From positions 2,357 to 66,356 of the forward strand of contig CAUQAL010000001.1 of assembly GCA_963515985.1 (NCBI GenBank): a stretch of DNA of 64,000 nucleotides, given 5' to 3'. The notes beneath the pieces were generated by a model that was not told where the DNA came from, did no database searches, and saw only the letters and a program-made list of their open reading frames with translations. The stretch's first letter is position 1; every line of letters begins with the position of its first letter. A program made the position numbers and the translations under genes. Below are positions 32,567-40,366 of this stretch, one piece after another. The stretch is from an uncultured Granulicatella sp. (GTDB lineage: Bacteria > Bacillota > Bacilli > Lactobacillales > Aerococcaceae).

Positions 32567-33448
32567 TTAGTCTTTTAATAATGGGAATCCTAAAGATTCT
32601 CTTTCAGCTACGAATGTTTTAGCAATGGTACGGGCCATTTTACGAATACGACCTAAAAATCCTGCACGGTCTGTCGCAGAAATAATGCCACGTGCATCCA
32701 TTAAGTTAAAGGCATGAGAGCATTTCAATACACAGTCATAAGCTGGGTGAACAAGACCTTTTTCCATTAAGATTGTTGCTTCTTTTTCATATTCAGTAAA
32801 TAATTGCATTAATAATTCAGGATTACTTTCTTCAAAAGCATATTTAGAATGTTCAAATTCTGGTTGTTTGAAAATATCTCCATATTTTACATCGCCAGTC
32901 CATACTAAATCATAAACACTTTCTACTTCTTGGATATAAGATGCTAAACGTTCTAATCCATAAGTGATTTCACTTGTTACTGGGTGACATTCTAATCCCC
33001 CTACTTGTTGGAAGTATGTAAATTGAGTCACTTCCATTCCATCTAACCATACTTCCCAACCAAGACCAGCACAGCCTAATGATGGATTTTCCCAGTTATC
33101 TTCTACGAAACGAATATCATGTTCTAATGGGTCAATTCCAAGAGCTTCTAGGCTTCCTAAATATAACTCTTGAATATTTTCAGGAGATGGTTTCATCACA
33201 ACTTGGAATTGATGATGTTGGAATAAACGGTTTGGATTTTCACCATAACGACCATCAGCTGGACGGCGAGATGGTTCTACATAAGCAGCATTCCATGGTT
33301 CTGGTCCAATCGCACGTAAAAAAGTATATGGACTCATTGTTCCAGCACCTTTTTCAGTATCATAAGCTTGTAATAATAAACAGCCTTGATTTGACCAATA
33401 ATTTTGTAATGTTAAAATAATTTCTTGTACTGTTAATTTTTTTGACAT
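32567..33448 (-). CDS. glyQ: Glycine--tRNA ligase alpha subunit
   Basis: [25 protein letters not shown]. Confidence 0.98.
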   Translation of the reverse strand: MSKKLTVQEIILTLQNYWSNQGCLLLQAYDTEKGAGTMSPYTFLRAIGPEPWNAAYVEPSRRPADGRYGENPNRLFQHHQFQVVMKPSPENIQELYLGSLEALGIDPLEHDIRFVEDNWENPSLGCAGLGWEVWLDGMEVTQFTYFQQVGGLECHPVTSEITYGLERLASYIQEVESVYDLVWTGDVKYGDIFKQPEFEHSKYAFEESNPELLMQLFTEYEKEATILMEKGLVHPAYDCVLKCSHAFNLMDARGIISATDRAGFLGRIRKMARTIAKTFVAERESLGFPLLKD

Positions 33449-33539
33449 AGTATTCCTACTTTCTATAATTTTTATGACAGGATAAAATTCATCTAGAATC
33501 TCTTATTGTAAAACGAAGTCTTTCCTCCTTTTCCCTATA

Positions 33540-33740
33540 AAAAAATCCCTATGTACACTAAAAAAGCATACATAGGGACGATTCATCGCGGTTCCACCCT
33601 AATTTCTTAGAAAACTCTAAGCTTCATTGTTGATTGACTCCAATGCGCCACAATTCATTCTCTATCAAACGGCTTCCACCTATCCCGTTCTCTCTATCCA
33701 TATTTAGAATGATTGTTTCATTTTCCACGTCATATTTACT
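33540..33740 (-). promoter_or_regulatory. Glycine T-box riboswitch leader of glyQS
   Basis: Minus strand has T-box AATTAGGGTGGAACCGCG (33587-33604), AG box AGAGA, candidate GGC specifier, terminator TCCCTATGTA...TACATAGGGATTTTT, and a TTGACT-N17-TAATAT promoter at 33747-33775. Confidence 0.93.
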
Positions 33741-33850
33741 GCATTAATATTACTGATTTTTCCTTCAAAAGTCAAGTTATATCAATCATTTGTTAGCTTT
33801 TACCACTTCATTATGATATAATTTTTTCATTCTTAAAGGGGGAAAATTTT

Positions 33851-34402
33851 ATGCATTGTGCTTGGGCAACTATTTCTGAACTCGATCAAAAATATCATGA
33901 TGAAGAATGGGGAGTTCCTTGTTTTGATGATCAAAAACTATTTGAGATATTGACATTAGAAGTGATGCAAGCTGGACTCAGTTGGTCGACCATTTTGAAA
34001 AAACGTGAAGGTTTCAGAGAAGCCTTTGACCAATTTCAAATCTATAAAGTTAGTCAATTTATAAAAGATGATGTAGAAATATTACTCCAAAATCCTAACA
34101 TCATTCGTCATCGTCAAAAGATTGAAGCCACTATTCAAAATGCAAAAATCATTTTGCAACTACAAAATCAATACGGAAGTTTTCATGAATTTTTATGGAG
34201 CAAGTTTGAATACACTCCCATCATCAATCATTGGGAAAGAATGGAAGATGTTCCATCTTCTACTCCACTAACTGAACAATTATGTAAAGAATTTAAAAAA
34301 CTTGGTTTTAAGTTTATCGGACCGACTACTCTCTATTCATTTTTACAGGCATCTGGCATCATCAATGATCATCTTGATTCTTGTCCATTCAAACACAAAT
34401 AA
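33851..34402 (+). CDS. tag: DNA-3-methyladenine glycosylase I
   Basis: CAWA, YHDEEWG, LEVMQAGLSW, NDHLDSC. Confidence 0.95.
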   Translation: MHCAWATISELDQKYHDEEWGVPCFDDQKLFEILTLEVMQAGLSWSTILKKREGFREAFDQFQIYKVSQFIKDDVEILLQNPNIIRHRQKIEATIQNAKIILQLQNQYGSFHEFLWSKFEYTPIINHWERMEDVPSSTPLTEQLCKEFKKLGFKFIGPTTLYSFLQASGIINDHLDSCPFKHK

Positions 34403-34434
34403 AGACTTTTATGCGCTGCATAAAAGTCTTTATT
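34397..34434. terminator. Bidirectional terminator between tag and nrdF
   Basis: AAATAAAGACTTTTATGC-gct-GCATAAAAGTCTTTATTT. Confidence 0.8.
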
Positions 34435-34438
34435 TTAA

Positions 34439-35449
34439 TTACATCCATTTAGAATAATCATCATCTTCCATAGCTTCTACTGTTCCAAGTAAATAACCAT
34501 TCCCCACTTGAGAGAAGAAGTCATGGTTACTTGTACCTGTTGAAATACCATTCATCACAATTGGATCCACATCTTCAGCTGTATCTGGGAATAATGGATC
34601 AAACCCTAAATTTTGTAAAGCCTTATTCGCATTATATCGAATAAATACTTTTACTTTTTCAGTCCAACCAACTTGATCATAAATTGATTGTGTATACTTC
34701 ACTTCATTTTGATACAATTCTAAACATAATTGATAAACCCACATTTTAAGAGTTTCTTGTTCTTCTAAAGGTAATTCATTGTATCCTTGTTGGAATTTAT
34801 AGCCTGTATAAGTTCCGTGAACAGATTCATCACGAATAATTAATTTAATAATTTCCGCTACATTGGCTAATTTATTGTTTCCTAAATAATACAATGGTGT
34901 AAAGAAGCCACTATAGAATAAAAATGTTTCTAACATCGTTGAAGCAACTTTCATTTTTAGTGCATCTCTACTTTGATAAATTTCATTAATTTTTTGAGCT
35001 TTATATTGTAAAAACTCATTATTATTTGTCCACTCAAAAATTTCTTCGATTTCAGCTTTTGTATGTAAAGTACTAAAAATCGTTGAATAACTTTTCGCAT
35101 GAACAGATTCCATAAATTGAATATTATTCCATACTGCTTCTTCATGTTGTGTACGAACATAGTCTTTCATCAGACTTGCACCTTCTTCAGATTGCAATGT
35201 ATCTAATAAAGTCAATCCTCCAAATACTTTCCCTACAACATCTTTTTCAGCTGGGGATAATGTTCTCCAGTCATCTAAGTCATTTGAAACAGGAATACGA
35301 GTATCTAACCAAAATTGCTCGGTTAACTTTTCCCATGTCATTTTGTCGATCATATCTTCTACTTGGTTCCAGTCGATTGCTTTATAATAAGCTACTGGTG
35401 CAGAAGCATTTTGTGACAAAATCTCATTAAAATAACGTTTCTCACTCAT
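34439..35449 (-). CDS. nrdF: Class Ib ribonucleotide reductase beta subunit
   Basis: LTLLDTLQ, ESVHAKSYS, FYSGF, RDESVH, NHDFFS; true start ATG 35449 behind AGGAG (the ORF-track start overlaps nrdE). Confidence 0.96.
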   Translation of the reverse strand: MSEKRYFNEILSQNASAPVAYYKAIDWNQVEDMIDKMTWEKLTEQFWLDTRIPVSNDLDDWRTLSPAEKDVVGKVFGGLTLLDTLQSEEGASLMKDYVRTQHEEAVWNNIQFMESVHAKSYSTIFSTLHTKAEIEEIFEWTNNNEFLQYKAQKINEIYQSRDALKMKVASTMLETFLFYSGFFTPLYYLGNNKLANVAEIIKLIIRDESVHGTYTGYKFQQGYNELPLEEQETLKMWVYQLCLELYQNEVKYTQSIYDQVGWTEKVKVFIRYNANKALQNLGFDPLFPDTAEDVDPIVMNGISTGTSNHDFFSQVGNGYLLGTVEAMEDDDYSKWM

Positions 35450-35468
35450 GATAAGTCTCCTTTTTGAA

Positions 35469-37646
35469 TTAAATACTACAACTTTCGCAACCATTACTTC
35501 CAATTTCATCATTATTTTCTGTAAATGTACGAACATAATAAATTGATTTGATTCCTTTATTCCAAGCATAGTTTCTTAAGATATTTAAATCTCTTGTTGT
35601 CATTTTTCTTGTACGTCCATTTTTCCATTCATATAGACCTTCTGGTAATTCAGAACGCATGAATAATGTTAAACTCATTCCTTGGTCAATATGTTTTTGT
35701 GCTGCAGCGTATACATCAATGACTTTACGCATATCAATATCATAAGCTGATTTATAATATGGTAATGTTTCATTTGATAAGAATGGTGCTGGATAATATG
35801 TTTTACCAGTTTTCTTCTCTTGACGCTCCTCAATTAAACGAGTAATTGGATGCAAGCTTGCACTTGTTTCATTTACATAGCTGATTGATCCTGTTGGAGC
35901 AATTGCTAAACGATTTTGGTGATATAAGCCATCAGCCATAATATCTGCTTTTAATTGTTTCCAATCTTCTGCCGTTGGGATTGGTAAGTTTGCAAAAATT
36001 TCTTTTACTTTTTCAGATTTAATTTCTACATCTGACTCTGTATAAGCATCGAAATAAGTTCCTGATGCATAGGCAGATTTTTCAAAGCCATCAAATGTTA
36101 CGCCACGTTCTTTCGCAATTTTATGACTTGCTTTTAATGTATAGAAATTCAATAGACGGAAGTATAAATCTGTCACTTCAATCGATTCAGGCGAACCATA
36201 TTCCATTTGATTTAATGCAAAGAATGTATGTAAGCCCATTGCTCCTAAACCAATTGTATGAGCTTTTTGGTTTCCATTTTTCACTGTTGGAACTGCATCG
36301 ATACTTGAGTGATCTGTGACAAATGTTAATGCACGAACTGCTACTTCAATCGAGCGTTCAAAATCAGGTGATTGCATTAAATTAACAATATTTGTAGAAC
36401 CTAAATTACAACTAATATCCGTTCCAAGCACTTCATACTCTTGCGCATTATTAATTACAGAAGGACTTTGTACTTGTAAAATTTCTGAACATAAGTTACT
36501 CATAATGATTTTTCCATCAATTGGATTTGCTTTGTTCACTGTATCAATATTTACGATATATGGATAACCAGATTCTTGTTGTAATTTACTAATTTCTTGT
36601 TCTAAATCACGTGCACGCAATTTTGATTTACGAATTTCTGGATTATTCACCATATTCTCATACTCTTTTGTAATATCTACATAAGAGAAAGGAACCCCAT
36701 AAATACGTTCTACATCATATGGACTAAATAAATACATCATATCATCATTCTTAATTAACTCGTAAAACTTATCTGGAACTACTAGCCCTAATGATAATGT
36801 TTTAACACGAATTTTTTCATCCGCATTTTCTTTTTTAGTCGACAAGAATGATACGATATCTGGGTGGAAAACATTTAAATAAACGGCTCCTGCACCATTA
36901 CGTTGTCCTAATTGGTTTGAATAACTGAAACTATCTTCTAATAATTTCATAATTGGAACAACCCCGCTAGAAGCATTTTCAATTTTCTTAATTGGGTCTC
37001 CAGCTGCACGAACATTTGATAAGCTTACTCCAACTCCTCCACCAATTCTAGAAAGTTGTAATGCAGAGTTAATTGTACGTCCAATACTATTCATGTCATC
37101 CGTTGTTTGAATTAAGAAACAAGAAACTAATTCTCCACGACGCTTTCTACCAGCATTTAAAAATGTTGGAGTCGCTGGTTGGTAACGTTGATGAATCATC
37201 TCTTCGGCTAAGTCTCTAGCTAATTGTTCATCTCCATCTGCTAAAAATAAAGCATTAAAAACGATACGATCCTCAAAACGTTCTAAATAACGTTCACCAT
37301 CATTTGTTTTTAAAGCATATTGCTTATAAAACTTAAAGGCTGACATAAATGAACGAAAACGGAATTTCTTCTTATAAATTTCTTGCATTAAGCTTTTTAC
37401 AAATTCACGGTCATATTTATTTAAAAACTCTTCTTCTAAATAATCATGTTCAAGTAAATAATCTAATTTTTCATCTAATGTATAGAAAAATACCGTGTTT
37501 GGATTGACATGTTCTAAGAAGAAAGCACGTACTGCTTCTTTATCCTTATGTAACGGAATTTTTCCATCAACCGGACGGTTCAATTCATTATTTAATGAAA
37601 AATATGTTACTTCTTGAGATTTACTAATTAATTTTGGACTATCCAA
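35469..37646 (-). CDS. nrdE: Class Ib ribonucleotide reductase alpha subunit
   Basis: PATPTF, VSCF, SNLCSE, ISCNL, APTGSIS, C-terminal CESC; no ATP cone, no intron or intein. Confidence 0.97.
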   Translation of the reverse strand: MDSPKLISKSQEVTYFSLNNELNRPVDGKIPLHKDKEAVRAFFLEHVNPNTVFFYTLDEKLDYLLEHDYLEEEFLNKYDREFVKSLMQEIYKKKFRFRSFMSAFKFYKQYALKTNDGERYLERFEDRIVFNALFLADGDEQLARDLAEEMIHQRYQPATPTFLNAGRKRRGELVSCFLIQTTDDMNSIGRTINSALQLSRIGGGVGVSLSNVRAAGDPIKKIENASSGVVPIMKLLEDSFSYSNQLGQRNGAGAVYLNVFHPDIVSFLSTKKENADEKIRVKTLSLGLVVPDKFYELIKNDDMMYLFSPYDVERIYGVPFSYVDITKEYENMVNNPEIRKSKLRARDLEQEISKLQQESGYPYIVNIDTVNKANPIDGKIIMSNLCSEILQVQSPSVINNAQEYEVLGTDISCNLGSTNIVNLMQSPDFERSIEVAVRALTFVTDHSSIDAVPTVKNGNQKAHTIGLGAMGLHTFFALNQMEYGSPESIEVTDLYFRLLNFYTLKASHKIAKERGVTFDGFEKSAYASGTYFDAYTESDVEIKSEKVKEIFANLPIPTAEDWKQLKADIMADGLYHQNRLAIAPTGSISYVNETSASLHPITRLIEERQEKKTGKTYYPAPFLSNETLPYYKSAYDIDMRKVIDVYAAAQKHIDQGMSLTLFMRSELPEGLYEWKNGRTRKMTTRDLNILRNYAWNKGIKSIYYVRTFTENNDEIGSNGCESCSI

Positions 37647-38004
37647 GTTCGCTCACCTTTTCCTTTATTATAGTTACGTCTTTTTGAGTTCCATGAAACT
37701 CAAAACAATGCAATAGTGGAACTTCATAAGTAGCAGAAATAATTTTTGCTGTTTGACAAAAGGACGTATTAAAATTTAGATTTCCAGAACCAGCTACTCC
37801 TTTTAATAAAGCTTGGTTATTACCTGTTTCAATAAAATCCTGAAAATATTCAAATACTTCCATATCATAAGTAGGACTTATAATAATATAAGGCTCATCC
37901 ATTGTTTGAAATACATTTTGTGGTGTAATTTCTACAGTGGAAAACTCCAATTTTTGAACAAACCTTCTCGTCTGTCCTGTCAATGATAAAAAAACTACTT
38001 TCAT
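37639..38004 (-). CDS. nrdI: Flavodoxin-like RNR maintenance protein
   Basis: SLTGQTRRF, PTY, GSGNLNF, FEFHGT; overlaps the nrdE start. Confidence 0.92.
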   Translation of the reverse strand: MKVVFLSLTGQTRRFVQKLEFSTVEITPQNVFQTMDEPYIIISPTYDMEVFEYFQDFIETGNNQALLKGVAGSGNLNFNTSFCQTAKIISATYEVPLLHCFEFHGTQKDVTIIKEKVSELG

Positions 38005-38067
38005 ACTTACTCCTCTATTTCATACCTCCCTATTATATCTACTTTCCAGTCTTATATCAACAAAAAA

Positions 38068-38114
38068 ATTCTATATTTAGTACTTCATAAAAACAACAAC
38101 ACAAAATATAGTGA
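38068..38114. promoter_or_regulatory. Tandem NrdR boxes upstream of nrdIEF
   Basis: ATTCTATATTTAGTAC (38068) and ACACAAAATATAGTGA (38099), 31 bp apart, resembling acaCwAtATaTwGtg. Confidence 0.75.
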
Positions 38115-38195
38115 TAAAATTAAGTCTACATCAATATATTGACAAAGAGATTTTTCAGATTTACACTAATAAATATCAAAGAAAGGAGACTAAAA

Positions 38196-38627
38196 ATGAC
38201 ACTTTCTCATACAATTAGCGCTTCAGAAAGACAAGTTCTTCGAGTAATATGGGCAAACCCAAAATGCACGAGTATTTTTATTATTGAAGCTTTATCTACA
38301 AATTTCAATTGGCAAGCTGCTACGATTAAAACTCTTATCAATCGACTGTTGAAAAAGGAATTTATCATCCCGACTTCAAAAAGACCTTATCAATATGTCG
38401 CAACTTTGACAGAAGAAGAATTACTAGATTTAGAATGCAATGAGTTATTAAGTCATGTTTGCCAAAAAAAACAAGGTGAATTACTAGCATTACTTATTCA
38501 AAAAGCTCAATTATCAAAACAAGATACTCATCAATTACAAAAATTATTACAAGAAAAAGAAATCGATGCTCCTGAACATCTAGCTTGTACTTGTATCCCT
38601 GGTCAATGTCGTTGTTGCCACCACTAA
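38196..38627 (+). CDS. copY: CopY/TcrY-family copper-responsive repressor
   Basis: BlaI-type wHTH (SERQVLRVIW, TIKTLINRL) and C-terminal CTC-IPGQ-CRC; AAAGGAG RBS. Confidence 0.85.
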   Translation: MTLSHTISASERQVLRVIWANPKCTSIFIIEALSTNFNWQAATIKTLINRLLKKEFIIPTSKRPYQYVATLTEEELLDLECNELLSHVCQKKQGELLALLIQKAQLSKQDTHQLQKLLQEKEIDAPEHLACTCIPGQCRCCHH

Positions 38628-38658
38628 AAAAAGCCAGACTTATGTCTGACTTTTTTTA
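38627..38658. terminator. Bidirectional terminator between copY and the lysozyme gene
   Basis: AAAAAAGCCAGAC-ttat-GTCTGACTTTTTT. Confidence 0.75.
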
Positions 38659-38673
38659 TATTTCTTAAATTCA

Positions 38674-40185
38674 TTAATACCAAACGCTAACGTCCACTTT
38701 TCCACTAATACCTTTTAAGTATTCACTTGAAGTATATTGCCACCCTTTAGGGCCTGAATAATGTGGATTATTCCAATCTAATGCATCTGTATAAGCAGCT
38801 ACCCAGTCCACATATTTTAAAATATCTGGATGATTTAAACGAGTTTGTAATAAATGTCTGTAACTATAAATTCTTACATTCGTATAACCCGCTTTATGCA
38901 TTGTTTCCATATATTTATTTACAATTTTTACCCATGTTTTTGTATCTTTAGGTGCAGCTTTTGTTTTATTCACATATTCCCAATTTTCAACATCATAATA
39001 AATTGGATAACTTGGTTGAATATGATATTTTTTCATTAATTTAATCGTATGTTTTGCTTCTAATTCAGCATCTGATTCATTTTCAGCATAAGTGTACAAA
39101 TAAACTCCATAAGGAACTCCTAGACGGTTTAATTCTTTAATATTATAGGCTAATTGTTTATCTTCATCATAAGCATAATACCCTAAACGAACAATGACTC
39201 CATCAATGCCATTATCACGAATAACTTGACTCCAATTTTGGATTTTCCCATTATGTTCACTAACATCGATAACTTTCTTCGCACTAGTTCCACCAACTTG
39301 TTCTTGACGGCGATTTAAGAAATAACGTTGACCATTTTTTTGTACCCAACCCCATTCTAATCGTTCTTGCTTTTGAATTTCACCAGTATCTGAGAAGGTA
39401 TATTTCGTATCTCCAACCGTTACAACGCCTGTTGCCATTACACCAGTATCCCCTAAATAATAATTACCTGCCCATTCTTTTTCGGCTCTTGCACCATTCG
39501 CTTTGAAATAATACCAATTCCCATCAATCTGAACCCATTGATTGCGTGCATATTTTCCATCCGCATTTAAATAGAACATCGCATTATATTGTGGATCAAA
39601 TAACCATTCTTTTGCCATCATAGCACCTTCACCATTGACAAAATAATCACTAATCCATTGATGAGTTGCTAAGTAACCACCTGATAGTAAGTAATACCAT
39701 TTATTTCCATCTTGAATCCATTCTTTATCAGCATATTTCCCATCCGCTTTCAAATAGAAATAAGAATTATATTTATTATCATAAATCCATTCTTTTTTCG
39801 CCATGGCACCACTTGGATTTAAATAGTAATTCCCTTTCCATTCACTCTTAGCCATATAGCCCCATTCTTTGAAATAGTACCATTTGCCACCAATTTCTAG
39901 CCATTGATTTTCAGCATAATTTCCATCTGCTTTCAAATAAAAATAAGACTTATAAGTTTCATCATAAATGAAAGAACCAACAACTTTTTTACCATCTTTA
40001 TCTACATAAGAATGATCAATCCATGAAGACATTACTTTTGATCCATCTTCTTTAATAAAATATTGTTGTCCATTAATCGTTTGCCATCCTTTACCTTGCG
40101 CAGGCTTATCTTCTTGAGCGTCTACCGTTGGTAACGTAAATAATACTAACGCAGATAATGATAATGCGATATTTCTTAATTTCAT
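38674..40185 (-). CDS. Secreted choline-binding GH25 lysozyme (LytC-like)
   Basis: Signal peptide; multiple cell-wall/choline-binding repeats (YFYLKADG.YA, WYYFK); C-terminal GH25 with IDVSEHNG, YYDVE, WQYTS, VDVS. Confidence 0.88.
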   Translation of the reverse strand: MKLRNIALSLSALVLFTLPTVDAQEDKPAQGKGWQTINGQQYFIKEDGSKVMSSWIDHSYVDKDGKKVVGSFIYDETYKSYFYLKADGNYAENQWLEIGGKWYYFKEWGYMAKSEWKGNYYLNPSGAMAKKEWIYDNKYNSYFYLKADGKYADKEWIQDGNKWYYLLSGGYLATHQWISDYFVNGEGAMMAKEWLFDPQYNAMFYLNADGKYARNQWVQIDGNWYYFKANGARAEKEWAGNYYLGDTGVMATGVVTVGDTKYTFSDTGEIQKQERLEWGWVQKNGQRYFLNRRQEQVGGTSAKKVIDVSEHNGKIQNWSQVIRDNGIDGVIVRLGYYAYDEDKQLAYNIKELNRLGVPYGVYLYTYAENESDAELEAKHTIKLMKKYHIQPSYPIYYDVENWEYVNKTKAAPKDTKTWVKIVNKYMETMHKAGYTNVRIYSYRHLLQTRLNHPDILKYVDWVAAYTDALDWNNPHYSGPKGWQYTSSEYLKGISGKVDVSVWY

Positions 40186-40366
40186 TTACTGTAAATCTCC
40201 TTTTTCTTGAACTCTCACTTTGCCATTGTATAATTAAACGCATAAAAACTCAAACAAAATCCTAAATTGTACACTTTAACGATATAAAAAATTTACAATA
40301 TAAAAGAGGAACTTCTACTAAATAGAAATTCCCTCTTTTAACGATAGATAAAATTAAGTCAAATGA

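Noticed and set aside
35449..35569. Apparent 100-bp nrdF/nrdE overlap in the ORF track
   Set aside because: Artefact of an upstream alternative start; the RBS supports ATG at 35449.
39480..39980. Imperfect direct DNA repeats
   Set aside because: Explained by the choline-binding repeats of the LytC-like protein.
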